Assembly (NCBI GenBank): GCA_902611635.1
Contig: CACMAB010000001.1
Location: 73,052 to 137,051 of the forward strand
DNA from: an uncultured Pelagibacteraceae bacterium
GTDB lineage: Bacteria > Pseudomonadota > Alphaproteobacteria > Pelagibacterales > Pelagibacteraceae
DNA length: 64,000 nucleotides
Direction of reading: 5' to 3'
Shown here: positions 1-10,531 of the stretch, piece by piece
Layout of the letters: each line of letters starts with the position of its first letter
How positions within the stretch are numbered: position 1 is the stretch's first letter
Notes under the pieces: generated by a model
The model's input: the letters and a program-made list of their open reading frames with translations, nothing else
Told to the model about the DNA's origin: nothing
Databases searched by the model: none
Program-made: the position numbers and the translations under genes

Positions 1-390
1 CTATTAGAGGTTAAGGATTATGATTCTTACATCTATAATCCAACTTGTTCTTTAGTTGAATTTACCAAATCTTTAAATGTTCCAGTGATTTGCTTCCCAC
101 GAGGTATAAAAAATTATAAAAAATATTGTGAAATTGTAAAACCAGATGCAATTTGTATAGATTATGAAGTTGATCCAATAAAAATTAAAAAAGAGATAAA
201 AATTCCTGTGCAAGGTGGCATGGATCCAAAAGTTTTACTTACTGATAAAGACAACCTTAAAAAAGAAGCAATCAAGTATCTGGATATTTTTAAAGATCAT
301 CCATATATATTTAATTTAGGTCATGGAATATTACCTGAGACAGATCCAAGCATGATGGATTACTTAGTTAAAACTATAAAAGATTATTGA
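1..390 (+). CDS. hemE: uroporphyrinogen decarboxylase, C-terminal part (5' end outside window)
   Basis: Frame is open from base 1; VQGGMDP and YIFNLGHGILPET motifs; directly upstream of hemH. Confidence 0.95.
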   Translation, partial: LLEVKDYDSYIYNPTCSLVEFTKSLNVPVICFPRGIKNYKKYCEIVKPDAICIDYEVDPIKIKKEIKIPVQGGMDPKVLLTDKDNLKKEAIKYLDIFKDHPYIFNLGHGILPETDPSMMDYLVKTIKDY

Positions 391-1388
391 TGGAAAAAGA
401 ACTAAATCACCCACCTATTAATTTTGGCAAAACAGGAGTTCTGATAATAAATTTGGGGACACCGGACTCCACAAGCTGGTTTGATATTAGAAAATACTTG
501 AAAGAATTTTTGTCTGATAAAAGGGTAATAGAAGTTAATCCTTTTGTTTGGCAAATTATATTAAATGTTTTTATATTAAATTTTAGACCATCTAAAACCG
601 CTAAAGCCTATAAAGAAATTTGGATGAAAGATAAAAATATTTCTCCCCTTCTCTTTTATACACAAGAACAAGCCAAGAAATTATCAAATTCCTTTTCAGA
701 ACAAAATTTGATCATTGATTATGCCATGAGGTATGGAAATCCAAGTATAAAAAGTAAAATTAAAAAACTACATGAAAAAGGTTGTGAGAACTTGATTATA
801 CTCCCTCTATATCCTCAATATGCTGCGGCGACAACAGCAACTGTTTGTGATGAAGTTTATAGAACGTTAATGAAAATGAGATGGCAACCATCAATCAAAA
901 TAATACCTCATTATGAGTCACATCCTTTGTATATAGATGCTTTGGTAAATTCACTAAATAAGAAAATAAAAGAAATAAATTGGAAGCCAGATTTAATATT
1001 GGCATCTTATCATGGTATACCCCAAAAATATTTTGATAAAGGAGACCCTTATCACTGCTATTGTCAAAAAACGACAAGATTGATTTCAGAGAAATTTAAT
1101 TCGATAGAAATTAAAACAACATTTCAATCTAGATTTGGTCCTCAAAAATGGCTTGAGCCTTATACAGATAAAACACTAGAGAAATTGCCCAAAGAGGGAA
1201 AGAAGAATGTTCTTGCAATATGTCCTGGTTTTTCCTCAGACTGTGTTGAGACATTGGAAGAAATTCTTATTCAAGGTAAAGAAGGTTTTTTAGAATCTGG
1301 TGGTGAAAATTTCGATATGGTACCATGTTTAAATGATAATAATGATCATATAAATTTATTAAAATCATTAATTCAACAAAACATATAA
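390..1388 (+). CDS. hemH: ferrochelatase
   Basis: NLGTP, MRYGNPS, LPLYPQY, SYHGIP, FQSRFG, DCVETLEEI motifs; ATG at 390 overlaps the hemE TGA. Confidence 0.97.
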   Translation: MEKELNHPPINFGKTGVLIINLGTPDSTSWFDIRKYLKEFLSDKRVIEVNPFVWQIILNVFILNFRPSKTAKAYKEIWMKDKNISPLLFYTQEQAKKLSNSFSEQNLIIDYAMRYGNPSIKSKIKKLHEKGCENLIILPLYPQYAAATTATVCDEVYRTLMKMRWQPSIKIIPHYESHPLYIDALVNSLNKKIKEINWKPDLILASYHGIPQKYFDKGDPYHCYCQKTTRLISEKFNSIEIKTTFQSRFGPQKWLEPYTDKTLEKLPKEGKKNVLAICPGFSSDCVETLEEILIQGKEGFLESGGENFDMVPCLNDNNDHINLLKSLIQQNI

Positions 1389-1391
1389 TCG

Positions 1392-1826
1392 ATGAATACT
1401 TATTTGCTTTTTAAATCTCTTCATTTAATAGCAGTAATCTCTTGGATGGCTGGTCTTTTGTATCTTCCGAGAATTTTTGTTTACCATTCACAAAGTAATG
1501 ACAAACCACTTGTTTCAGAAGTATTTAAAGTTATGGAAAAAAAACTTTTTTTTTACATTATGACACCTGCAATGATACTATCCTGGACGTTCGGGTTAGT
1601 ATTAATACATGAAATAGGTTTTGAGCAATTAGGACAAAAGTGGATGATATTAAAATTAGTTTTTGTGATTATTTTAACTCTGTACCATTTTTATCTAGGA
1701 AGAATTTTAGGACAATTTAAATTAGACACAAATAAACATTCCCATAAATATTATCGATATATTAATGAAATTCCCACATTATTGCTAATTTTGATTATAT
1801 TTGTTGTAATATTTAAGCCTATCTAG
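1392..1826 (+). CDS. hemJ: protoporphyrinogen oxidase HemJ
   Basis: KSLHLIAVISWMAGLLYLPRIFVYH and NEIPT...KP motifs; hem operon context. Confidence 0.93.
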   Translation: MNTYLLFKSLHLIAVISWMAGLLYLPRIFVYHSQSNDKPLVSEVFKVMEKKLFFYIMTPAMILSWTFGLVLIHEIGFEQLGQKWMILKLVFVIILTLYHFYLGRILGQFKLDTNKHSHKYYRYINEIPTLLLILIIFVVIFKPI

Positions 1827-1888
1827 GGTTGAATAATTTAAATTAGCATATATATTAAACTCATTATTAAGTCCTTAATAATTTACTC

Positions 1889-3157
1889 ATGAACATACAA
1901 GAATTAAAACTAAAATCATCAGAACAGCTTATTACTCAAGCTGAAGAGCTTGGGATAGAAAATGCAAGCACTTTAAGAAAGCAGGAGATACTTTTTGCGA
2001 TTCTGAAAAAAGTTGCAGAAAAGGAGGAAATAACTGGAGCGGGTGTACTTCAATTACTTCAAGATGGCTTCGGTTTTTTAAGAGCCATGGAGTCAAATTA
2101 TTTACCAGGTCCAGATGATATCTATGTAAGCCCAAGTCAAATAAGAAAATTTGGTTTAAGGACTGGTGATACTGTTGAGGGACCTGTTAGAGCCCCCAAA
2201 GAAGGTGAGAGATATTTTGCATTATTGCAAGTGAGTAAAATAAATTTTGAAGAACCTGATAAATCTAGACATAAAATAGCTTTTGATAACCTGACACCTT
2301 TATATCCTGATAAGCAGCTTGTTATGGAAGTTGAACAAGTAAAACCAGACAAAAAACAAGATTTAACTCCACGACTTATCGATTTAGTGAGTCCTATTGG
2401 TAAAGGTCAAAGATCAATTATTATCTCACCACCAAAGGCTGGTAAAACGATGATTTTGCAGAGTATAGCTAACTCAATAGCTAAAAATTATCCTGAATGT
2501 TACTTAATTGTTTTGTTGATTGACGAGAGACCAGAGGAAGTTACAGACATGCAAAGAACTGTAAAGGGTGAAGTAATTAGCTCCACATTTGATGAACCTG
2601 CACAGCGCCATGTTGCTGTTGCTGAGATGGTTATTGAAAAAGCTAAAAGATTAACTGAGCATAAAAAAGATGTTGTTATACTGTTAGATTCGATAACAAG
2701 ATTAGGAAGAGCTTATAACGCTGTAATACCGAGTTCAGGTAAAGTTTTAACAGGTGGTGTAGATGCTAATGCACTTCAAAGACCAAAGAGGTTTTTTGGT
2801 GCTGCTAGAAACATTGAAGAGGGTGGATCACTTACAATAATTTCTACTGCGTTAATAGATACAGGGAGCAGAATGGATGAAGTGATTTTTGAGGAATTTA
2901 AAGGGACTGGTAATAGTGAAACTGTTTTAGATAGAAAAATTGCTGATAAAAGAATTTATCCAGCTATTGATATTACAAAATCAGGTACCAGAAGAGAAGA
3001 ATTGCTGTTTGATAAAAATGACCTTCAAAAAATGAATGTATTAAGAAGAATTATTGCTCCAATGGGCACAATGGATGCAATTGAATTTATAAATTCTAAA
3101 TTAAAAGATACTAAAAATAATGCTGAGTTTTTTAATTCTATGAACAAGCCAGCATAG
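1889..3157 (+). CDS. rho: transcription termination factor Rho
   Basis: [45 protein letters not shown] motifs. Confidence 0.99.
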   Translation: MNIQELKLKSSEQLITQAEELGIENASTLRKQEILFAILKKVAEKEEITGAGVLQLLQDGFGFLRAMESNYLPGPDDIYVSPSQIRKFGLRTGDTVEGPVRAPKEGERYFALLQVSKINFEEPDKSRHKIAFDNLTPLYPDKQLVMEVEQVKPDKKQDLTPRLIDLVSPIGKGQRSIIISPPKAGKTMILQSIANSIAKNYPECYLIVLLIDERPEEVTDMQRTVKGEVISSTFDEPAQRHVAVAEMVIEKAKRLTEHKKDVVILLDSITRLGRAYNAVIPSSGKVLTGGVDANALQRPKRFFGAARNIEEGGSLTIISTALIDTGSRMDEVIFEEFKGTGNSETVLDRKIADKRIYPAIDITKSGTRREELLFDKNDLQKMNVLRRIIAPMGTMDAIEFINSKLKDTKNNAEFFNSMNKPA

Positions 3158-3166
3158 CTTTATGTA

Positions 3167-4846
3167 ATGGTATCAGTTCAAAATCTAGAATTTGAATTAC
3201 AAAGTTTATTTAAAGAAAAAAAATTTTCTGAGATAATTTTTGAAATAACCACAAAAACCCAAGAAAATGAAAGAACGACAGGTTTATTCGTTTTGTTAGG
3301 AATTAGTAGAATTTCTCTTAACAAGAAGAATAAAGATCAGGTAGATCTAGCTGTTAGTGACTTTAAAAAAGGATATCTTAAAGAACTAACAAGTGAAAAT
3401 AGTCTCAATGCACTTGTAAATTTGGTGCTTGCAAGTGTAATTTTAAGTGATTTTGAAAATACAAATGTAGATTTTGATGAGATAATAAATTTTTACAAAT
3501 CATCTCCAGAGACTTTTCAAAATAAAAGACCAATTAATATTGCGATGACAACAATTTATTCAAGGTTAAATGATTTTAAAGGCATGGTATATCATTTGGA
3601 GAAAGTGATTAAATCTGGAGATTTTATATCGAATGATTTGTGCAATTATGGTTTTTGGAGATGCTATGATCTAAGATGGTCTCAGAAAGATTTCTTTAAA
3701 TATGGACAATTTGTAGAAAAAAATTTAACTGAATTTTCCTCTGATCAAATAGTACAATTATCAAACAAAAAGAATAAAAAAATTAATTTAGGTGTTTTGT
3801 CGGCCGATCTAAAGACTGGACATTCTATAACTTTTTTTTTGAAAACTATTCTATTAAATCATAATAAAAATGAAATTGAGATTTATTTGATATCAAATCA
3901 AAAAGATATTACTTCAGTGTCAGCTGAAATTACTAATTTGGTTTTTAAAACAATCGATATTAGTCAATTAAGTGATTTAGATGCTTTAAATAAAATTAGA
4001 AAATTGAATTTAGACATAATGATAGATGTAATGGGCTACACCTCCAGGAATAGAATAGGATTGTTTAAAAATAGAATTGCAAAAAAACAAGTAATATGGA
4101 TGGGATATTGTAATACTACTGGATTAAAAAACATGGATTATATTATCTCTGATCGAAACTTAATTTATGAAAATGAAAAAGATTTATACGCTGAACAAGT
4201 TTTATATTTACCGGAAATTTGGAATACTCATTGTGGATTTGATTTTGAAAGAGAAGAAAATCCACCACCAATGATTAAGAATAATTTTATTACTTTTGGA
4301 TCATTTAATAACCCATCTAAGATCAATGAAAATGTAATTATGTGCTGGGCAAAAATTCTAAAAAATATTGAAAATTCTAAATTAATAATAAAATGCCCGA
4401 GCGATAAACAACAATTAATTAGAGTAAAAAAGTCTTTAAAAGAAAAAGGTATTTTCGATTCAGTGATTTTTCATACAAGTTTTGATGATAAAAAAGACCA
4501 TCTTAATTTATACAAAAAAGTAGATATTGCACTAGACACATTTCCTTACAATGGAGTAACCACATCATTCGAGGCCATATGGATGGGTGTGCCTGTTTTA
4601 ACTATGGCTGGTTATAATTTTAATTCTAGATGTGGTGAGTCAATAAATAAAAATTTGGGTGTGGAGCAATTAATCGCTAAAGATGAAATTGAATATGTTT
4701 CTAAGGCTGTTGATTTATCAAAAGATAAAGAAAAATATATTAATTTAAGAAAATTTATATTTAAAAATGCTATAAAAAGTCCTCTTTTTAATAAAAAAAA
4801 ATTTGCAGAAAATTTCTTTTATTTACTTAAAGAAATAATTAAATAA
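3167..4846 (+). CDS. SPINDLY/O-GlcNAc-transferase-like GT41 glycosyltransferase, copy 1
   Basis: SADLKTGHSI, DIMIDVMGYT, WMGYCNTTG, FGSFNNPSKIN, DTFPYNGVTTSFEAIWMGVPVLT; helical N-terminus. Confidence 0.85.
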   Translation: MVSVQNLEFELQSLFKEKKFSEIIFEITTKTQENERTTGLFVLLGISRISLNKKNKDQVDLAVSDFKKGYLKELTSENSLNALVNLVLASVILSDFENTNVDFDEIINFYKSSPETFQNKRPINIAMTTIYSRLNDFKGMVYHLEKVIKSGDFISNDLCNYGFWRCYDLRWSQKDFFKYGQFVEKNLTEFSSDQIVQLSNKKNKKINLGVLSADLKTGHSITFFLKTILLNHNKNEIEIYLISNQKDITSVSAEITNLVFKTIDISQLSDLDALNKIRKLNLDIMIDVMGYTSRNRIGLFKNRIAKKQVIWMGYCNTTGLKNMDYIISDRNLIYENEKDLYAEQVLYLPEIWNTHCGFDFEREENPPPMIKNNFITFGSFNNPSKINENVIMCWAKILKNIENSKLIIKCPSDKQQLIRVKKSLKEKGIFDSVIFHTSFDDKKDHLNLYKKVDIALDTFPYNGVTTSFEAIWMGVPVLTMAGYNFNSRCGESINKNLGVEQLIAKDEIEYVSKAVDLSKDKEKYINLRKFIFKNAIKSPLFNKKKFAENFFYLLKEIIK

Positions 4847-4918
4847 TTAACCTTATATTTAAATATTTAATCTATTATATAAAATTAATTTTATGAATAA
4901 GTTTGCCTAAATTTCTTT

Positions 4919-6610
4919 ATGGTCTTCTTAAAAAAACTAGAAATAGAAACAACAAAACTATTCAAACAAAAAAAATATTCTACTGTTGTATTTGAAATCA
5001 CGTCACAAACAACCGAAGATGAAAGATCAGTTTTTTTATGTAATTTATTGGGCCTAAGCAGGATTACAAACAATGAAAAAAACAAAGATGCTCTAACTTT
5101 AGCTATTAAAGATTTTAAGCTTGGATATTTAAAAGAAAAAAATACAATCCATGCTATAGATTGTCTTGCTAATTTCATTACATCAAATGTGCTTTTAATT
5201 GATTTAGAAAAAAATTATGAGTTTGATTTTAGTGAAATTTTTAATTTTTATGAATTGTCTGAAAAATTCTGTCAAAATCATAGACCAATTAACTTGGCAA
5301 TGGCCATGGTTTATCGAAGGTTAAATGATGCCAAAAAATTGATTTTTCATTTTAAAAAAGTACTAGAGTCCAAAAAATTTAATTCTAATGATTTATGTAA
5401 TTATGGCTATTGGCAGAACTTTGATAAAGAGTGGAAGCAACCTGATTTTTTAGATTATGGTAAGTTTTTAGATGAAAATTTAACAACGATTTCCCAAAAT
5501 CAATTAGTAGAAATTTCACAAAAATCTGGTTCAAAAATGAGGATAGGATTTTTGTCATCAGATATTATTGAAGGTCATTCAATTACTTATTTTTTAAAAA
5601 CTATTCTCTCAAATTATGATAAAAATAAATTTGAGATTGTGCTAATATTAAATAATCCAAAAGAAGATCAATCTACAAAAAACTTTAAGAATTTAGTTGG
5701 TGAAACAATAAATATTTCAAAATTAAACAATATTGATAGTATAAATCGATCAAGGGAGTTAAAATTAGATATTATGATTGACTTGATGGGCTATACTTCA
5801 AGACAAAGATTAGAGCTATTTAAAAACAGGATTGCAAAAAAACAAGTAATATGGATGGGATATTGTAATACCACTGGGTTAAAAAACATGGATTATATTA
5901 TCGCTGATCCAAATTTAATCTACTCGATTGAAGAGAATCATTATAGTGAAAAAGTTATATATTTACCCGAAATTTGGAATGCTCACTGTGGGTTTGAATT
6001 TGAAAGAAGAGAAAATTCTCCACCATTTTTTAAAAACAAATATTTTACTTTTGGATCATTTAATAATTTTGATAAAATTAATTCTTATGTTGTTTCTACC
6101 TGGTCAGAAATTTTAAAAAAAATTAATAATTCTAAGTTAGTTTTAAAAACATCATCAAAAAGACTTGCAACAAAAAGACTTAAAGATCTATTTGAAAAAA
6201 ATGGTGTACTAGAATCAGTAAAATTTATAGACAGAACAGAAAAATTCCAAGATCATCTTAATAATTATAATCTCATTGATATTGCTTTAGATACATTTCC
6301 CTATAATGGTGTAACTACCTCATTTGAGGCCACATGGATGGGTGTGCCTGTTTTAACTATGGCTGGGTATAATTTTAACTCTAGATGTGGAGAATCTATA
6401 AATAGAAATCTAAAAATGGAGCAATTGATTGCCAAAGATGAATATGACTATGTCCAAAAAGCTGTTAATTTATCAAACGATAAAGAAAAATATGTCAATT
6501 TAAGAAAATCCATCTTTCTTGATGCATTAAAAAGCCCACTATTTGATAGTCAAGGTTATGCAAAGAATTTTTTTGAAGCATTAGAGCGAATAGCTAGTAA
6601 AAAAATTTAA
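4919..6610 (+). CDS. SPINDLY/O-GlcNAc-transferase-like GT41 glycosyltransferase, copy 2 (tandem paralog)
   Basis: SSDIIEGHSI, DLMGYT, WMGYCNTTG, FGSFNNFDKIN, DTFPYNGVTTSFEATWMGVPVLT; colinear with copy 1. Confidence 0.85.
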   Translation: MVFLKKLEIETTKLFKQKKYSTVVFEITSQTTEDERSVFLCNLLGLSRITNNEKNKDALTLAIKDFKLGYLKEKNTIHAIDCLANFITSNVLLIDLEKNYEFDFSEIFNFYELSEKFCQNHRPINLAMAMVYRRLNDAKKLIFHFKKVLESKKFNSNDLCNYGYWQNFDKEWKQPDFLDYGKFLDENLTTISQNQLVEISQKSGSKMRIGFLSSDIIEGHSITYFLKTILSNYDKNKFEIVLILNNPKEDQSTKNFKNLVGETINISKLNNIDSINRSRELKLDIMIDLMGYTSRQRLELFKNRIAKKQVIWMGYCNTTGLKNMDYIIADPNLIYSIEENHYSEKVIYLPEIWNAHCGFEFERRENSPPFFKNKYFTFGSFNNFDKINSYVVSTWSEILKKINNSKLVLKTSSKRLATKRLKDLFEKNGVLESVKFIDRTEKFQDHLNNYNLIDIALDTFPYNGVTTSFEATWMGVPVLTMAGYNFNSRCGESINRNLKMEQLIAKDEYDYVQKAVNLSNDKEKYVNLRKSIFLDALKSPLFDSQGYAKNFFEALERIASKKI

Positions 6611-6644
6611 TTTAAATATTTAGTTAAGTCATTATAATTTATAT

Positions 6645-7976
6645 ATGACAATCTATGCTCTCTCATCGGGACCAGGAATTTCAGGAGTTGCAATTATTAG
6701 AATTTCTGGGTTAGACGCATCAAAAGCTATAACTTTACTCACTGGAAAATCTCCTCCCCAACCTAGAGTCGCTTCTCTTCGAAAAATAAACAATATTAAT
6801 ACTTCCGAACTAATTGACGAAGGTATAATTATATGGTTTCCGGGCCCTGAGAGCTATACAGGTGAGGATATGGCCGAAATTCATGTTCATGGAGGGAAAG
6901 CGATCGTTTTAGCATTACAAAATGAATTATCCAAAATAGAAAATTTTAGATTAGCTGAACCAGGAGAATTTACAAAGATAGCTTTTCAAAATGGAAAAAT
7001 TAATTTGTTAAAGGCCGAAGGCATAGCTGATTTGATATCTGCTGAGACTGAAATACAAAGATTACAGGCAACAAAAATTATAAAAGGTAAATTAGATAAG
7101 AAATTTGATTATTTAAGAGAAAAATTAATAAAGATTTTATCTTTTATTGAAGCAAAAATAGATTTTCCTGAAGAGGATTTGCCTGAAGAAAATATTCAAC
7201 AAATTAAAAAAGATTCGAATGAAGTTTTAAATCAAATTAAAAAAATTTTAGATGATCAAAAAGTAGGTGAAATAATTCGTGAAGGTTTTAAAATCGCTAT
7301 TGTTGGCCCAACAAATGCTGGTAAATCTTCATTATTGAACAATTTATCTAATAGAGATGTAGCTATTGTTTCTGAGATAGCAGGAACAACAAGAGATGTA
7401 ATTGAAACACATTTAAATATTGATGGTTATCCAGTTATTATTTCAGATACAGCAGGTATTAGAAATTCTAAAGACGAAATAGAAAAAAAGGGTATAAAAT
7501 TATCTTTAGAAAAAGCAGAAAATGCTGATTTGAAATTAGTAGTAGTAGATGCAAAAAGCATTGATCTAAGCGGATTTTTGAATGATTTATTAAAAGATAA
7601 TGCAATTTTAGTTGTAAATAAGTCAGATCTTATTGAGGGTGCACTAAACCAAGAGGTGGCTAAGTTAGATCATGTTTTAATTTCTTTAAAGAAAAACCTT
7701 AATTTAAATAAATTAATTTCAAAAATCAAAGATAGGCTAAAAACTAAATTTATTAAAAATGAAGATATATTAATTACTAGAGAAAGACATAGACAACATT
7801 TAGTTCAATGTTCAGATAATTTGACAAATTTCCTAGAAAAAAATGATAAAAAAGATTTTGATAAAGCCGCAGAGGATTTAAGGTTAGCTACTAGGCATTT
7901 AGGTATGATTGTTGGAAAGGTTGATGTAGAGGAAGTATTAGGCAGTATTTTCAACGATTTTTGTATTGGAAAATAA
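6645..7976 (+). CDS. mnmE: tRNA modification GTPase MnmE
   Basis: SYTGEDMAEIHVHGG, GPTNAGKSS, GTTRD, DTAG, C-terminal FCIGK. Confidence 0.98.
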   Translation: MTIYALSSGPGISGVAIIRISGLDASKAITLLTGKSPPQPRVASLRKINNINTSELIDEGIIIWFPGPESYTGEDMAEIHVHGGKAIVLALQNELSKIENFRLAEPGEFTKIAFQNGKINLLKAEGIADLISAETEIQRLQATKIIKGKLDKKFDYLREKLIKILSFIEAKIDFPEEDLPEENIQQIKKDSNEVLNQIKKILDDQKVGEIIREGFKIAIVGPTNAGKSSLLNNLSNRDVAIVSEIAGTTRDVIETHLNIDGYPVIISDTAGIRNSKDEIEKKGIKLSLEKAENADLKLVVVDAKSIDLSGFLNDLLKDNAILVVNKSDLIEGALNQEVAKLDHVLISLKKNLNLNKLISKIKDRLKTKFIKNEDILITRERHRQHLVQCSDNLTNFLEKNDKKDFDKAAEDLRLATRHLGMIVGKVDVEEVLGSIFNDFCIGK

Positions 7977-8015
7977 GAACCTTGTAAATTTTTTTTTCAA
8001 ATATAAATTCACATC

Positions 8016-9887
8016 ATGAAAAATGAATTTTCATTTGATGTTGTTGTAATTGGAGGTGGTCATGCTGGTTGTGAGGCAGCTGCTGCCTCTGCTCGTCTTG
8101 GTGCTAATACTGCTCTGTTTACTCACGACAAAAATACTATCGGTGAGATGTCATGTAATCCCGCAATTGGTGGTTTGGGAAAAGGTCATTTAGTCAGAGA
8201 AATAGATGCATTAGATGGTGTTATGGGAGAAATTGCAGATAAATCAGGAATACAATTTAGGCTGTTAAATCGAAGCAGAGGACCGGCTGTTAGAGGTCCT
8301 AGAACTCAATCCGACCGATCATTATATAAGAAATTTATGCAAGAAAAACTTGTAAACTATTGTAATTTAAGTATTTTTTCAGATCCAGTAGTAAAGTTTA
8401 TTTTTTCAAAAAATGCAATAAATGGCTTTTTAACATTCAAAGGTAACATTGTTAAGTGTAATAAAATTATCTTAACAACAGGCACTTTTTTAAATGGATT
8501 GATTCATATTGGTGACAAGCGCACTCCAGCAGGTAGATACAATGAAAAGCCTAGTACTGGTTTAAGCGAACAGCTAGAAAAGTATAAATTCAAAATAGGA
8601 AGATTAAAAACAGGTACTCCACCAAGACTTGACGCAAGAACAATAAATTTCAAAAATTTAGAAAAACAAGCAGCTGATAAAAATCCTTACTTCTTTTCCT
8701 TCCTAACAAAATCAACTTCTAATGAGCAAGTTTTGTGTTCTATGACCTACACAAACGAAAAGGTGCATAAGATTATTGAAAAGAATTTAACTAAGAGTGC
8801 GATGTATTCTGGTAGCATTCAAGGAGTAGGCCCTAGATATTGTCCATCAATAGAGGATAAAATAGTTAAGTTTGCTGGTAAGATGAGACATCAAATATTT
8901 TTAGAGCCCGAGGGGCTTGACGATTACACTATTTACCCGAATGGCATATCAAATTCTCTACCTGAGGTAATTCAAGCTGAAATACTTAATAATATCAGTG
9001 GTTTAGAAAATGTAAAAATAATTAGGCCAGGATATGCTATAGAATATGACTATATAGACCCTAGGGAGCTTTTTTTAACTCTTGAGACAAAAAAAATTAA
9101 AAACTTATATTTAGCTGGTCAAATTAATGGAACTACAGGATATGAGGAAGCTGCAGCCCAGGGGCTTATAGCGGGTACAAACGCAGCATTGTCATTTATG
9201 GGCAAAGAACCTTTTATTCTTGATAGGTCAGACGCTTATATAGGAGTAATGATAGATGATTTAGTCACAAAAGGTGTGGCCGAGCCTTACAGGATGTTTA
9301 CTTCAAGAGCTGAGTATAGGCTTAGTTTAAGAGCAGATAATGCGGATTTGAGACTTACGAATAAAGGCATTAAAATTGGTTTAATATCTGATGAAAGAAA
9401 ATTTAAATTTGAGGATAAATTTGTGAAAATGAGAGAAATTTCACTTCAAATGTCTAGTTTGAGGATATCCCCAACAAAAGCCCAAAAACATGGCATAAAA
9501 ATTGCAAAAGATGGTATTTTAAGGTCAGCAGAAGAAATTTTAGCCCAAAATGATGCTAATATGACTAAAATACGTAGAATTTGGCCTGAAATCAAGAATT
9601 TTGGCTCTGAAATAGATGAACAGATAGAAATTAATTCTCACTATAGGGGTTATTTAAAGAAGCAAAATGCAGATATCCTAGCTTTCAAAAGAGATGAAAA
9701 TCTAATTATTCCTGATAATATTGATTATGATCAATTTTCTGGTTTATCGAACGAAGTAAAGTCCAAATTTAAGGAAATAAGACCAAAAACTATGGGCCAA
9801 GCTTTACGAATAGACGGAATTACTCCAGCAGCCGTATATATTTTGTTGTCACACGTAAAAAGAAAGTCTATTAAGCATATAGCTTAA
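8016..9887 (+). CDS. mnmG: tRNA uridine-5-carboxymethylaminomethyl(34) synthesis enzyme MnmG (GidA)
   Basis: [44 protein letters not shown]. Confidence 0.99.
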   Translation: MKNEFSFDVVVIGGGHAGCEAAAASARLGANTALFTHDKNTIGEMSCNPAIGGLGKGHLVREIDALDGVMGEIADKSGIQFRLLNRSRGPAVRGPRTQSDRSLYKKFMQEKLVNYCNLSIFSDPVVKFIFSKNAINGFLTFKGNIVKCNKIILTTGTFLNGLIHIGDKRTPAGRYNEKPSTGLSEQLEKYKFKIGRLKTGTPPRLDARTINFKNLEKQAADKNPYFFSFLTKSTSNEQVLCSMTYTNEKVHKIIEKNLTKSAMYSGSIQGVGPRYCPSIEDKIVKFAGKMRHQIFLEPEGLDDYTIYPNGISNSLPEVIQAEILNNISGLENVKIIRPGYAIEYDYIDPRELFLTLETKKIKNLYLAGQINGTTGYEEAAAQGLIAGTNAALSFMGKEPFILDRSDAYIGVMIDDLVTKGVAEPYRMFTSRAEYRLSLRADNADLRLTNKGIKIGLISDERKFKFEDKFVKMREISLQMSSLRISPTKAQKHGIKIAKDGILRSAEEILAQNDANMTKIRRIWPEIKNFGSEIDEQIEINSHYRGYLKKQNADILAFKRDENLIIPDNIDYDQFSGLSNEVKSKFKEIRPKTMGQALRIDGITPAAVYILLSHVKRKSIKHIA

Positions 9888-10531
9888 TGGATTCGATAAT
9901 TTCTAAAAATTACTCTAAAATTACAAAATCTAAAGTTTCACGTGAAACTTGTAATGAACTTGAAAGCTTTATAAGCATGATTCAAAAAAAAAATGAGGAA
10001 ATCAACATAATTAGTAGAAAAAACTCTGGTCAAGGAGTTATAAGGCAAAGACATATTGTTGATTCAGCGCAAATAATTGATTTTGTTGACTTAAAAACTA
10101 ATACAACCTCTGATTTAGGTTCAGGGGGTGGTATCCCTGGACTAATCATAGCAATCTTAATGAAAAAATTAAAAAAAAGAATGAAAATAAAACTTTATGA
10201 AAAAAGTCATCATAAATGTGTTTTTTTAAAAGACGTTTCTGAAAAATTGGAATTAAACACAGAAATAATACAAAAAGATATCTTTGAACTTAGAGATATT
10301 GAAACTGGAACGATTATGTCCAGAGCTTTTAAACCAATGCCAATAATTCTTGATTTAGTTCAAAAAAATTTTCGGAAATACAAAAATATTATTTTATTCA
10401 TGGGCAAAAGTGGGAGAAAAATTTTAAATGAAACTCTAAAAATTTGGGATTTAGACTATGAGGAAAAAAAAAGTTTAACAAACAAAGACTCATTTTTGTT
10501 AAATATAAAAAATATGGAAAAAAAAATTTAA
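9887..10531 (+). CDS. rsmG: 16S rRNA m7G527 methyltransferase RsmG (GidB)
   Basis: RHIVDS, DLGSGGGIPG, SRAF; lies between mnmG and parA. Confidence 0.93.
   Translation: MDSIISKNYSKITKSKVSRETCNELESFISMIQKKNEEINIISRKNSGQGVIRQRHIVDSAQIIDFVDLKTNTTSDLGSGGGIPGLIIAILMKKLKKRMKIKLYEKSHHKCVFLKDVSEKLELNTEIIQKDIFELRDIETGTIMSRAFKPMPIILDLVQKNFRKYKNIILFMGKSGRKILNETLKIWDLDYEEKKSLTNKDSFLLNIKNMEKKI
9933..9950. other. parS centromere site inside rsmG
   Basis: Perfect palindrome AAGTTTCACGTGAAACTT containing the parS core GTTTCACGTGAAAC, about 0.6 kb upstream of parA. Confidence 0.9.
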
